A DNA stretch of 64,000 nt from Picochlorum sp. SENEW3 (lineage: Eukaryota), in assembly GCA_034226945.1 (NCBI GenBank), contig CP120454.1, positions 310,001 through 374,000 on the forward strand, given 5' to 3'. The position numbers and the translations under genes were made by a program. Of the stretch, positions 1-12,904 are shown piece by piece. The notes under the pieces were generated by a model. It was not told the origin of the DNA and did not search any database. It saw only the letters and a program-made list of their open reading frames with translations. Each line of letters begins with the position of its first letter. Position 1 is the first letter of the stretch.

Positions 1-5
1 TGCAG

Positions 6-470
6 GTTGTTCGCCGCGGTGGTTCTGCCCCAAAGAAGGCAAAGAAGACTTTGACCTTCCACATCGATTGCTCCAGACCAGTCGAGGACAGTATTATGGA
101 AATTGCTGCCTTTGAAAAGTTCTTAACTGATAAGATCAAGGTTGAAGGAAAGACTGGTACGTGTGACTCGTGAAAGCATGGAAGACGATGTCGGCCGAGT
201 TCATGTGCGGATTCTGACACGGATGATTTGATTCTTGTAGGTGTGTTGGGGGATAATGTCAAGGTAACCAGAGATAAGACGAGAATCACTGTGACGAGCG
301 AGGTGCCAATGTCCAAGAGATACCTCAAGTACCTTACAAAGAAGTTCCTGAAGAAGCATAATGTCAGAGATTGGCTCCGTGTGATTGCATCCAACAAGGA
401 TAGATCAGTATACGAGTTGAGATACTTTAACATTGCTGATCAGGCAGAGGATGAGGAGGATGAAGAGTAA
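6..470 (+). CDS. RPL22: 60S ribosomal protein L22e (5' partial; exons ~6-156, 241-470)
   Basis: Spliced translation ...[40 protein letters not shown]...[29 protein letters not shown] matches eL22. GT-AG intron at 157-240. Chlorophyte-type TGTAA poly(A) signal at 490-494. Confidence 0.97.
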
Positions 471-607
471 ATATGCGTATATATTTGTTTGTAACACACA
501 ACTAGAAGAAGAAATGCATCCTCATTGATTGGCTCTACTCTTTACGTGTACATATATTCAATGTAGTATACAGAGCCGACAAAAACGTTCGTCAATACTG
601 TTCTTTC

Positions 608-2868
608 CTAAATCTTCACTGCAATTTTGGCCAAAATTCTCTTCCCATGTGGCGTGCCTCGCAGTGCCGGAAGATGTGGGCGAATGGCGTCAATCAAATC
701 TGCGTGGACGTCCCCACTCGAGACATTAAGAGCGCTTTGTATCACATAGTTTCCATATGGATCTTGTAGCAACTGCCCAAGGTTGGGTGACTGCAGCAAT
801 TCTTTCACAACTTCTTCTCTGGCCTTGTTGAGACCGGATCCTCCCAATTTCAGGCATTTTTCCACAACGTTAGAGGAGAATTTCTGGGTAGATAATAATG
901 CATAATGACCTGTCAATTGTTTCATGACGAGCATGGAAGATTCCGCGTGCCCAAGTTCTAGAATGTACTGCACTACATAGTTTCCGAACGGGTCCTGAGA
1001 CAAGGGCAAGGAATGGACTGAAATTTTTTCAATAATGGCCTTTCTCTGCTGATTTGTTGAAAAGTCGATACAACGCTGTAGTACACAGCATCCATGGCGA
1101 TGGGTGGCAATGTTGAGACAATCTTCTGATGCTGCATCGTAAATAAACTGTGCTTCAGATGGCCCCAGTCGTTGCAGACATCTCTGTATGACATGATTGC
1201 CATTCAGATCTCGTATCAAATCGACTACATTAGTAGACAGGGCATCTACAACCAGTTCTATCTGCTCTCGCGTTGTCAATGTTTCGATCAGTTTCTGGAC
1301 GGCCCTAGTTCCATGTGTATTTAATGATGCTGATGCCAAACCTCCATCCACAGTTGCTGCTTGCAACACTTGCAGCCGTTGTTCTTCACTACACCGATCT
1401 AAAAGTTTTTGAATAAGGTAGTTACCAAATGGATCCTTCATAAGCTGAAGAATGTTTTCTTGGATTTCCTCAAACACAACATCAATAGCAGCAGCACCTC
1501 CCTCATCAAACTTCTTCTGCAAGAAACGACACCCTGCTTGATCCTGGGCGACTTCAGCAACTTTCCCTTTAACTTCTGATAAATTTTCGTATTTGTAAGC
1601 CTGCCCATCGGCTTCGTCACCCAATGGTCCCAACACACCAGATCCTCCTAATTGCCTGCCTCCAGAAGATTTACTTCTTCTCGGCTCATCGCGAACCTTG
1701 CTTCGATTTCTATTTCTATCTTCTCGATAATTATTTCCCTGAGACCGATTGGATCGTCGCATATCTTGAGCATCAGCATATCCTGGACCTCGCTTTCCTC
1801 TCATTGCAGCCTGATTTGACATGGCTGCCATGGCCGCTGCCGCTGCTGCCGCTGCCGCCTGATTACTCTGAAGGATTGCTGGATTCAAAGCTGCCATCTG
1901 TGCAGCGGCCAATGCAGTATGATTTTGATTCAATCCTGCAATTAAGGGATTAGCTCCATAGTCCATCCCAGGAATGCTGGCATACAACTGCTGCTGCTGC
2001 TGCAAAGCTGCCTGATATGCAGCTTGATACGCAGCGTGATACTCCAATGACCCACCCATATGCTGCATATGATGTTGACGGGAATGCACATCGCCGACAG
2101 GGGGCATACCATCCAACTGGCCTTCTGGATGTCCAAACCTCGGTGGAGGTGTTGATGCTCCCATCCTAGAAGGCAGACCACCCTCAGACTGAGGAAGTGG
2201 CTGATTCACTCCTTGTTGAGCATGAAGAGAGCTAAGATTGGGGTACGAACTGGCGCTCTGCATGTGTCCTCCTGCACCATGCTGGACACTGTTTCCATTC
2301 ACATTCAACTTGGTCAATGCCTCCAGCACAGTCGCACTTGCATCCTGCCCACCTGCTGATGATGATGCCATATTCATCTGTTGCTGCTGTTGCTGACGAT
2401 GCAAAATCTGATCCAGCTCTGTAAGACCCTCATGAAACGCTGGTAAATCATTGTACAGGGTTCTCCCTTCAAGTGGAGGCGGTAATTTTTTTCCACGAGC
2501 TATCTGAGATTGATAAAATCGCTCATACTCATCATCCAGTCGAATATCCATCAACCGAGACGCATTATCCCAACGATCATCCAGATGAGGTGGAGCTGAT
2601 ATTGCCCTGGGAACGTCAAGTTCCTCAAGGAACGACGTCACGCTCTGATTCAATTCATTCCTGAACCAAGTAACAATAGATTAATGTTTCATTCGATATT
2701 CTTCACCCAAACGCCTATACCATGCACATTGTCGTACCAGTCCGCTCCAATCAGACCTTGATTCGGCTGCTGTTCTACAGAGTCAGCCCCCACCTGCTGC
2801 TGATTCGCATTCCCCTCCAATCCATATTGGCCCTGTTCATTAGAACTAGGATTATGGGAAGGAAACAT
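608..2868 (-). CDS. Pumilio/PUF RNA-binding protein
   Basis: C-terminal PUF repeats (DQAGCRFLQ, DPFGNYLIQK, NGNHVIQR, HGCCVLQR, KFSSNVVEK, DPYGNYVIQ) follow a Q/A-rich low-complexity N-terminus. First exon from the ATG at 2868, then an intron at ~2662-2737. Confidence 0.95.
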
Positions 2869-3212
2869 GTCTAATTCACGAGCAACCAAATCTCCTCGGG
2901 TGATTTTAAATCACCAAGTGCTAACCAGTGGTGGCTCCATTCTCAATACGAGACGACACCATGACCTATGAAATGTACAGTATGTTTAAATTGATACAAA
3001 TGGTGCTGTTCCAAGTGCATGCGATCACAAGTGCCATGGATATGGCTTCAGGGTATGTTGAAGATCTGGATCTCTGAATGTAAGAGATCTATGGAAATGT
3101 AGAGACACGTGAGGTGATGGTCTCTATTCCTATCCCTAAACCCATACATACATACAATTGCTAACATCTATTGCCTTTCAGTATCTGTGTGAATGCAGAG
3201 AGGCAGGACGAC

Positions 3213-4019
3213 ATGGCAGAAGAAGAGGAAGGGGACACAAACGCCCTGCTGTTTCGCCAAATGCGAATTCAGAGAAAGAGAGAAGAGATTGCTTTAAAAA
3301 AACAAGTTTTGGAGAAGAAGAGGAGAGACCATGAGCGTTCTGTGGAGAAACAATTGGATGTGCACGTACAAGAGTTTCGGAAAGGGTTGGAAGGTTTTGC
3401 GAGACGTTATGGGAGAGACATGGATAAAGATACGACTCTTCAGCAGACATTTTATAAATTATGTGCTCGGGTTGGGTTGGATCCAGTGCTGATGGCTCAA
3501 AGTGCGTCCGTGGAAAGCGCATCTGGAGGGAATAGGAAGCAGTACTTGTACAGTGTGGGTGTGGCTGTGCTGGATGTCTGTGCTGCTCGTAGAGATTTTG
3601 ATGGTGGACTGTGTGATATAGATGTATTGGTGGATCGAATACAAGAGAGAGGTGGATCTAGTTTGCGGGATGAAAGGAAAAGTGTGGTACGGAAGGATAT
3701 ACTCGCTGCTGTTGAGGAGTTGGCAGTGTTGGGACATGGTATATGTGTGCTTAACTTTGATGGGAAAGACTACGTGAAGAGCGCACCGACAGAATTGTCG
3801 ATGGATTGCACCAGGCTTCTTGAATTATTTCATACATGGGAGGGGCGGTTTACGAGGAGAGAGGCGATGGATGCGCTACAGTGGACAGAGCAACGAGTAG
3901 CAGATGGCTTGTCTGCTCTTGCCAGGGAAGGCCTCGTTTTGATTGATGACCCCGGGGAAGCCATGCCTAGATTGTATTGGTGCCCTGCTGTACAGTATCA
4001 CATCGGTTTAGCACTATAA
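3213..4019 (+). CDS. VPS22: ESCRT-II subunit VPS22/SNF8 (EAP30 family)
   Basis: N-terminal coiled coil, then FYKLCARVGLDP, KSAPTELSMD, and C-terminal L.REGLVLIDD...LYWCP winged-helix motifs. Start uncertain; a possible upstream intron lies at ~3114-3181. Confidence 0.88.
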   Translation: MAEEEEGDTNALLFRQMRIQRKREEIALKKQVLEKKRRDHERSVEKQLDVHVQEFRKGLEGFARRYGRDMDKDTTLQQTFYKLCARVGLDPVLMAQSASVESASGGNRKQYLYSVGVAVLDVCAARRDFDGGLCDIDVLVDRIQERGGSSLRDERKSVVRKDILAAVEELAVLGHGICVLNFDGKDYVKSAPTELSMDCTRLLELFHTWEGRFTRREAMDALQWTEQRVADGLSALAREGLVLIDDPGEAMPRLYWCPAVQYHIGLAL

Positions 4020-4023
4020 TAAT

Positions 4024-7000
4024 TTAATTTGTATTGCGCTGACTACCCTGCAAGCTTGAATCGCTGAGCACGATTCTGAAATCATCAAACCCATTCTCCA
4101 AATCTAAGAGACCAGAGTTTATATATGCTTGGCGTTCAAGCATCGATTCGAGCAAATCTTTCGATGATTCGTCCATATCGTCGTATGATACGTGAGGCTC
4201 GTCAGCATTGACTGCATCTTTGAGAAGCTCGTGATAGCTCTTTTCTTCCCATCCTTGGATAAGGGTTTTCCACCAGTGGTCCATGCTAGCCTTTGGCATG
4301 GCAACATGGACTTGGTCGTCTTCGAGGCACCAGGTGGATTCTTTAGGTTTTACGTTGCCGTATAGTTCGCCTTCCAACACTTTTCCGTACCATTTGAGGT
4401 ACACAAGCACGCTCTTGGATGTTATCTGGACAGTGATCTCGTCCTTTGTTGTGCCCTTTGGAACCTTGACCCATGCTGATATATCTCCTGATGTTTGTTC
4501 CCATGTAATCTTATCTTTTTGAGATATTCCCAGCCATGCTATTCGGGTGGCTCTGACTTGCGCTTCGGGAGTCGAATCGTACACTTCAGTCACCTGAATA
4601 TCATCATCATCATCATCATTCTTGCCCAAGTCCTGGTTGTCACATTGTTCAACAGCTACATCATGCTGAACAGGCACCGCTTCTGAGACCACTGGTTGCT
4701 CTTCGAAAGACGACGTAGAATCTTTTGCAGTATTCTTTGGAGATAACTTGGGCTGGGCTTTGATGCGAGTGGGTTTCTGTGTGTCCTTGATAGATGATGT
4801 GGCGAGAAATCCTTTTGGAAAGCAAGAGAGCTGAATGTCTTCTTTCTGGCCAGGCCTATCGAGGCAATGTTTGCGATACATAATATCTTCGATATCTTCG
4901 TCATTAAAGTGTGCCCATCCGTATCCTTTCGGGATTTTATTCCTAGTTTTCAGCACCTTGTACTTGCCAGCTTGCACAGTTTTCTTTGCCAAGATGTCTG
5001 TGAGCTTGAGGGCTTGGTCTCTCAGATTGGGTTCGCTTCGTGTAAGGAGTTTTAATCTCCGCAGTATCCCAGATCTATCATCTATAATGGATTCAAAATC
5101 ATTTCCTGAGCATGATGGTACGATGCATGTCAATTCTTTCAAACTCGTGGCAACCACATTGAAGCTGGCTGCATCAGATGCAATAATGCCTGATAGAATC
5201 TTTACGTTGGAGGATTCCAGAACCTTCTCTTTCGCTTCCTCACACACAAAAAGAATTCTCATACATATCTTTTGAGCAAGCTCTACTGTTGATATCGTCA
5301 CGAATGCACAACTTGACAAACAGAGTGAGAAGAGCCCAGCCTTGTACAACAGCTTCACAATCACTGGCACGTCAAGTGTGACAAGTGTCAGGATGCATTC
5401 GAGGTACATTTCTACTACTGGCTGTTCATTTTCAGTGATACTATCTATGTTCTGTGATCGTTTCAGCTCGGTAGATGCCATAATATCTGACGGGTTTTCC
5501 AGGTTTATTTTCGTGAGAAAATCCCCAACAGGATTGTCACTGTAATCCGCTGCATATGGCATTTTCTCGTACGAGATTGTATTCAAATGCTCATCTAACA
5601 CTTTTGTCGATCTCTTCGGACAATTCTGCACAAGTGTTTTCCCAATGGCAATCAATTTATGATGAAGCTGAGATGCACATTTTTTCCCATCCTTCCATGC
5701 AATAAATTCATCTGCTACCAAAGGTTTGCATTCAAATACTTTTCTGATACAAGAGAGTATACTCTTTCTCATCTGGATTGCTTTTTCGTTATAAATCGCA
5801 TCCTTTTTCTTTCGCAGCTCCTGCTTTGCCTTCATCTCGGGGTCATCTGATGTACCTTCCTCCTCCTGATCAGAACAAACCTTGGCAATTTCCTGACTAT
5901 TCTCAAATGCTACCAGGAATTGACGAACGCTTCCATTGACAATAGATGCACGGAAAAATCCAGTCGAGTCATGCTCTGATGTATCCGCGTACAGACTTGT
6001 CAATGCACAAGCCTGAATAATCGCCTCTGGTCCCACACAATTGAGAGCCAAATGAGCATACTCCACCATGGACAGGATTCTATGTACATAGGATTCCTTT
6101 GCATGTGTCCCTTTCCATAGTCGAAGCATGAAATGATTCTTGACCCAAACATTCTGCTCCACCAATTCACGGAGCACTCTCATGCAGCTCCCAGCAAACT
6201 CGACATTCTTCCTTCCACATGCAGAATCCATGAGAAGACTCCATACTTGACTCGACCATACCACACAAGAAGATTGCATTGCTGAAAACACACGACACAC
6301 ATCCTCATGTGTCGCTTCATTCATATAATATTTCAAAATTCGACATGCATGTGTCTCTGTATACAAGGAGAGTGCAGCCACCACACCATCCTCCCTAGCC
6401 AAACTGGCCAACTCTTCCAGAACACAAACCACATCAACAGACTCATCATCTCCATCAATATCAAGTTTCAACATATCAACGAGTGCCACAACCCGATCAT
6501 GCCTCGCATCCTCAAACATTGTCAGCGCCTCTACCTGTTGCCTCAGTTCAACCACATCATCAGGAATCCCATGGACATGTTTCTCACCCACCAATCTATC
6601 AAAGCAGTCACGAGCACCATTCACATACTCTTTTTGATACACGCCTTCCATCATGAGAGATTCATGCGCACACATGAGCAATGCAACACCGCCTCTGTAC
6701 AGGGCTTTACCCAACCCTGTCACCTGATCACACGCCCCATCAATCACCCTCAATGCATCCTCGGATGCTTTTACATACTCTCCACAGCGACTATACGCCT
6801 ATACACACACATCCAAACACATGATTGCATATACAAAAGAAAAAAGGACAAAATAAACTAGACACCCACCAGACTCCTATTATTCAACAAACTGACCAAC
6901 AAATCACAATGGCCAGCCGTATCATCTGGCGACGATATCCCAATCAAATCAATCCCTTTCGAATAATCTTCTATCGCATGTTCATATTCCTACAAAAGCA

Positions 7001-7248
7001 TCTCCATCGATGACATCATTTCAAAAACCATGTACCACTGGCTGACTTGCCACTCAAACACAAACACCGACATGAAACCAACAACAAAGCCCGCCGTTCT
7101 TCATTATCCTGACAAATATTCCATACAATATTAAATAGTTGCATACCTTGCGCTCAAAATACGCATTCCCATTCGTTTTGTATTCTGTCGCCTGAGCCAC
7201 AGTGCTCTGCTCCTGCTCCTTCTTGCCCTCGTCACCACAGTCCATCAT
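4024..7248 (-). CDS. TPR - helical/ARM-like - CS (p23/NudC-type) domain protein
   Basis: Spliced N-terminus ATEYKTNGNAYFERK|EYEHAIEDYSKGI...LLNNRSL|AYSRCGEY..A.EDA forms TPRs. C-terminal WEQTSGDISAWVKVPKGT...LEGELYGNVKPKESTWCLED is a CS domain. Confidence 0.8.
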
Positions 7249-7601
7249 AAAGAATATACACCATTCAATCTATATATATATACCGCCATGGCAATAAAAA
7301 CCGGCCCAGGATGATGTTCTGTCTCGAACAAGTCAACGTTGACCAAGGCCATCCCACCATCTCCCATCAAACAAACCCATTGACAGAATGACAACACATA
7401 AACACGCTTCGAGGAAAAAAGGTGTTTTTAAAAAAGGCGCCTTTGCAGATTCTTCACACAGTTCCGACCAACAGGAACAGAAGAAGGCAACCCTCATCCT
7501 CATCGTGCAGATACTGCAGTTGAAATTTTTTTAATCCAGCGTAAGCATTTCATGGAGGCGAGAGGACCAGAAGGAAGACCCTCCTCGTGCATGAAATTAT
7601 A

Positions 7602-8534
7602 ATGTCGCTGGTGTCATTCGTTCAACAGTCACCACGGCTGGCAACCCTAGCTCTTGGTATGCTGATAAATATGTTGACATCACCTCAATAGTATGCATCG
7701 TATCGACTGTACATGTGTTGTACAGGGTCTGTGTTTATATCCATGGATGGTCTTCTTCTGACCAAACAGGCTCAGGGATACATTGCTTCTCATTTCAATC
7801 TAGATGGGGAGAATCTTCCAGCTCGACGTAAAAAGCTTGCTGGCCAGGTGTCTTCAAGGCTTGTTGGGTGTGTGTTCCTCATCCTCATGTTCCCAAGCGC
7901 AATCTCTGTTCTCTTGGATCCCATGATGAGGAATGACATGTTGTATGCCATCAGTGATGCCTCTCGGCAGTGTATAGTAGTAGCTAGTGCGTATTTCATC
8001 TATGATTTATATATATGCGTGACGCGGTACTCTCAAAATGGCTTTCCATTCCTAGTCCATGGGGTGCTGTGTTGTTTGGCATATGCATACCCTCTGCTCT
8101 CTGGAAACATGCATTACCTTGGGGCGAATTTCCTCATGTGGGAGGTATCAACTCCTTTCCTGTATTTGAGATGGTATTTGATAAAGACAGAGAGGGGTGA
8201 TTCACCCATGATGGGCATTGCAAACGCGTTGTTTGCTCTATCCTTCTTTGCATGCAGAGTGGTATCAGGGCCAATCATGTCCCTGGCATTCTGGAGAGCC
8301 AGCGGGGCAGATTTGACAAGTGCCACGAGCACCATTCCCCAGATTGTGCTGTACATGTACAGATCGGCCATGTTTATTTTGAATGGATTGAACTACTATT
8401 GGTTCCACACCATTATTAATGTTGCCTTCTCAAAGGGAGGGAAGAACAAGATTACAGATTTGCCTGATTACTTGAACCAGAATGGCAACAGCGTGCAGAA
8501 GAAGGATGATATAGACCCGAAGAAGGAATCATGA
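7602..8534 (+). CDS. TLC (TRAM/LAG1/CLN8) domain membrane protein
   Basis: AYFIYDL, FLVHG, FLMWEVSTPFLYLRW, FALSFFACRV and LNYYWF motifs with multiple hydrophobic helices. Short first exon at 7602-7656. Confidence 0.88.
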
Positions 8535-8769
8535 TGCATGTGGAAGACTCTGGACAAATCTTGATCAAGTTCCGCACATCGATGTGTTTGCGATATCGTA
8601 TGTAGGAAGGAAGATTCAAAATAGTCACAGGGTTTTTTATCACGTTGTTTTGCTATTGTTCTGCGTGGTGTAGTAGAAATATTCTGAATTTCTTTTACTA
8701 TTGAGTAACACATGTAACTTGTTGTATAGAATCCGTCGATATTTTTAACAAAAGAAAGAAAGAAAGGCC

Positions 8770-11536
8770 ATGTCCGACGATAGTCAGGATATTGCCGTTG
8801 AGCTGGACAGTGAATATGCGGAGTCGTCATCTGATTTTAGTGATGAATATTCTTCATCTGAGTATGGATCACCTGTACAAGAGAAGGCGGTGACAAAGAG
8901 GAAAGCGTCGGTTGACGCTCAACAACCAATTGAACAACAACAGCAGCAGCGCAAGGTTGTGCGGAGGGAGATGGATTCTGCAAATGATCCAAAGAAAGAT
9001 TTGTTGTCGGAGGAGGATCAAGAGAGAAGACGGGAGAACATTCGTGCTATGCTGAGTGGAAATCTGTCAGGAGTGAGAAGGCATCCATTGTTGCCTGATG
9101 TGCTGACAGTCCAGGGGGATACAGCTGTGCTGAAGAGGCCATTTAAGAGTCCATATCCGAATGCACCGGCTATGTCGGAATCTCTGAAGAGGGCTCTGAT
9201 GGCGAGGAGGCAGTTTGTTCCTTTTGGTTCGGGTAAAAAGTTTGTTCCTGTGCAAGTAACAATTCCTGATACATATGTGGAGGAACCTGCTGTTTCTGCG
9301 GATAAAAGCAAGATAGAAGAGGAGGTTGATCTTCCTGAGGGTATTGAGGAGCTTGTGTTGTGGACATCATCGGATGGAACGTCTCATGTCAAGGTTGACA
9401 ACTGTCTGGCGAGATTCTTGCGGCCTCACCAGCGAGAGGGCGTGAGATTTATGTTCGAATGTGTCATGGGATTGCGGGACTATGAGGGTCAGGGAAGTAT
9501 TTTAGCGGATGATATGGGTCTGGGAAAGACACTCCAAAGTATTGCATTGTTGTGGACGCTGCTGAATACCGCTCACCCAGAACTTGGTGAGCCAGTTGCC
9601 AAGCGCATCGTCATATGCTGTCCTACATCTCTTGTATCGAACTGGGACAATGAGTGTATCAAGTGGTTGAATGGTAAAGTAAGGACAATGCCTATATGTG
9701 ATTCTTCTAGAGAAGAAGTGATTGACAGTCTCTCTGAATTTCTGTCTCCAAGGAACCCAGCTCAAGTTCTCATCATTAGTTATGAGACCTTTAGGATTCA
9801 TGCAGAACGGTTTACTAGCGATGGAACATGTGATTTACTTATATGCGATGAAGCACATAGGCTCAAGAATGATCAGACTCTCACAAATAAGGCCCTGGGA
9901 GCCATGGCATGTAGGAGGAGAATTTTACTGAGTGGAACGCCATTGCAAAATCAGCTCCAAGAGTTTTATGCCATGGTCAACTTTTGTAATCCTGACGTTC
10001 TAGGAAGTCCATCGGAGTTTAGGAAAACGTATGAGAGGCCTATTTTGGCGGGAAGAGAGCCAGGAGCATCAGAGGAAGAGAAGGAGTTGTCAAAGGAGCG
10101 ATCAGGTACGATAACAGTTCACTTGTTTGCTTGTTTTTGATGCCTGTCATCTTTATCCAATCATTCTGTGAAGGTAGAAATAATTGACGATTTGATGTTT
10201 ATTGGTTGCAGATGCATTGTCATCCTTTGTAAATGCTTTTATTCTGAGAAGAACAAATGACTTGCTCAGCGCTCATTTGCCGCCAAAGCTTATTCAGCTT
10301 GTGTGCTGTAAAATGACACCCATTCAGATTGATTTGTACACGAATTTTGTTCAGTCTCGATCTGTGACGTCGTTGCTCACAAAAAAGATTGGAAAGGCCC
10401 TATCTGCCATCACAACAGTGAGAAAGCTGATGAATCACCCCAAGCTTATATTTGATATGGTCCAGGCTGCCAAGTCCAAATTCAACTCTCGAGAGAAGAC
10501 AGGGTTTGAGGAATGTCATGACTCTCTTCGTCCAGAATTATACGAGGGCTCTGGAAAAGGGTATCGGTCTGAACTTCCACAGGGATGGGAGGAATATTCA
10601 GGCAAGTTTGCGGTCGCTGCACGAATGCTGGATCTTCTGAGAAAGCAAACAAAGGATAGGGTTGTCATCGTCTCGAATTTCACACAAACATTAGATATCT
10701 TCTCGACTTTGTGTCGTGAAAGACGATATCCATTCCTTCGATTGGATGGGTCAATTTCCTTGAAAAAGAGGAAAATAATGGTGAACAAATTTAACGACCA
10801 AAAGGACGATCAGTTTGTATTCTTGCTCTCATCTAAAGCTGGTGGGTGTGGACTCAATCTAATTGGAGGTAATAGGCTGATTCTTTTCGATATGAGTTGG
10901 AATCCAGCTGATGATAAGCAGGCTGCAGCTCGGGTATGGAGGGATGGTCAACAAAGACGGGTGTATGTCTACAAATTTATGACGACTGGTACAATAGAGG
11001 AAAAGATTTTCCAGAGGCAAATCAACAAAGAAGGCCTTCAATCAGTCGTAGATAGAAAGTCGGATAGCGGTAGACAAGCAGAGACAAATGTGATGAGTTT
11101 TGAAGAACTCAGGGATCTCTTCAGTTACAATCCGGACACGCTCTCCACAACCTATGAGCACATGGTTTTAGAAAAGGAAGAAGAAGATATGATTTCTCAA
11201 GAGACGCGGAAAAGAATCAGAACGGATTCGGTGGACAAGAAGCAGCAAGGAAATCCAAAAGAGGATGATCTAGCCAACTGGGGGCTGCATTCAGATGTTT
11301 CAACAGTTCCCGATCAATGCCTCCAGCTGTGCGGCGGCAATGATGTCTCTTTTGTGTTTTCATGTCAAGTTGATGGAAGACCTGTGCCACCAGAATCGCC
11401 ACTCCTCCCTGCTGCTGGCCAAAAGCCCAGCAGGACAGTGTTGGGCCCAAGAAGCACAAATCTAGGCACTGGAACGACAATGTTGAAAATGCAGCCAAAG
11501 CAAACAATAATATGTGATAGCGAAGAAGACGAATAA
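8770..11536 (+). CDS. RAD54: DNA repair and recombination protein RAD54 (SNF2 ATPase)
   Basis: LRPHQREGV, ADDMGLGKTLQ, CDEAHRLKN, LSGTPLQN, LLSSKAGGCGLNLIGGNRL and WNPADDKQAAARVWRDGQ motifs. Intron at 10106-10211. Confidence 0.95.
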
Positions 11537-11537
11537 T

Positions 11538-12608
11538 CTAATCATCATCATCCATGACGATGATTCTCCTGTAGTCTTTGAGCTGCAAAGAGTATCTGAT
11601 AATATCGCTCACTTCACTTGCTGGATAATTCTGCAACAATTTGATTGCACCAGAAAAATCACTCTTCAGCAAAGAATCCCTCTGTAATAAAACCATAGCA
11701 GCACAAAACCGTAGGACAAAATCGCGCCTGGATCCATCCTCTGCAATCATTTGATCCCAAATGGCAACCAAGTCTGGCAAGACAAATTCCTGAGTAAACA
11801 GTGTTGTGACCCATCTAAACGCATACAATTGGGGAGACAGCTGCAAGGTTTCCTCTAAATGCTTCCATAAAACTGCATCAAAACCTCTCAATAACTGTGA
11901 AACCTTGTTCATCATCCCAGATATCCCCAACTTTGATTTATCTAACTGCAAGCAAAAGTTGTCTCGAAATTCGCTCATAATGTTCACAAATCCAAAGAAT
12001 GCCAGCACTTCTGGGTCCCCATCGAGAGCCTCAAGCAAGCCTTCATCGACGCCATTTTTGCTTTTTGCTGAACCCAGTACATAGTAAATGACTGCGTATA
12101 TTTCATTCATTCCCTGAACATATCGAATGCCAGGATTCAACTTGTAAAAGATGAACAGGGACCTACTCATCTTGGCTCGATGAGATATTCCACGGAAATC
12201 GCCTGAAAAAAAGTTTAAATCCGGGTGTGTTCGATCTATGTCTCTATCTATCTGCTCCTTCATTTCCTTGTCTTCAAAATACTGTTTCCATTTCGAACTA
12301 GAATTGGTACTCAGAGGATGATCACTTGCATCAGGAGGACCAGACTCCGCCGAATCAGGATCTATATTGAATTCATCACAAAATTTTGAGTATTCTAACT
12401 GCTTTTCGGCCAAACATGTCGACCAAGCAGACCGCTGTCGTGGAATAATGTCCAACAAGATTGACCAAAGAGCACTCCTAACACAACCTTCTTCTGCAGG
12501 GACCCCCTTGTCTCGGATCAGGCATTTGATATTATCCAAGCAGATTGATTCACTGTTTATTTCATTCAGTAAGAGATGCGTAGACTCCCATAATGGCTGC
12601 GTAGCCAT
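11538..12608 (-). CDS. TBC-domain Rab GTPase-activating protein (TBC1D13-like)
   Basis: QIDRDIDRTHP (R finger), YVQGMNEI (Q finger), YAFRWVTTLFTQEF. Confidence 0.92.
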   Translation of the reverse strand: MATQPLWESTHLLLNEINSESICLDNIKCLIRDKGVPAEEGCVRSALWSILLDIIPRQRSAWSTCLAEKQLEYSKFCDEFNIDPDSAESGPPDASDHPLSTNSSSKWKQYFEDKEMKEQIDRDIDRTHPDLNFFSGDFRGISHRAKMSRSLFIFYKLNPGIRYVQGMNEIYAVIYYVLGSAKSKNGVDEGLLEALDGDPEVLAFFGFVNIMSEFRDNFCLQLDKSKLGISGMMNKVSQLLRGFDAVLWKHLEETLQLSPQLYAFRWVTTLFTQEFVLPDLVAIWDQMIAEDGSRRDFVLRFCAAMVLLQRDSLLKSDFSGAIKLLQNYPASEVSDIIRYSLQLKDYRRIIVMDDDD

Positions 12609-12904
12609 TGTCACTCTTCTATGCGGTAGGGTTGTCTGAGCAACTCAAATCCCTGTTTGTTCTTCCATATATAAAACAAATACGTATCCATCAAGTACTG
12701 ATGGATTGAAAATTATAAACAACAGGTATTGCGAGAAAGATGATGCGGTAGATTTTGAAATCGAACAACATGATCATGATGGGTACCCATCTCCTAAAGC
12801 ACAAGATAAGGTTGAATGAATGCATGCGACTCTGGGACAATGTACTATTTTATAATCAAGTATTCATTAGTAATAGGTATTTACGTATTTAGTGGATCAG
12901 TTCA

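Noticed and set aside
1830..2400. GCT/CAG-type trinucleotide runs
   Set aside because: They encode poly-Ala and poly-Gln in the PUF N-terminus and are not independent repeats.
3134..3143. CCCTAAACCC, a possible telomerase RNA template or interstitial telomere
   Set aside because: Only ~1.5 repeats, inside a probable GT...CTAAC...AG intron upstream of VPS22, with no other supporting elements.
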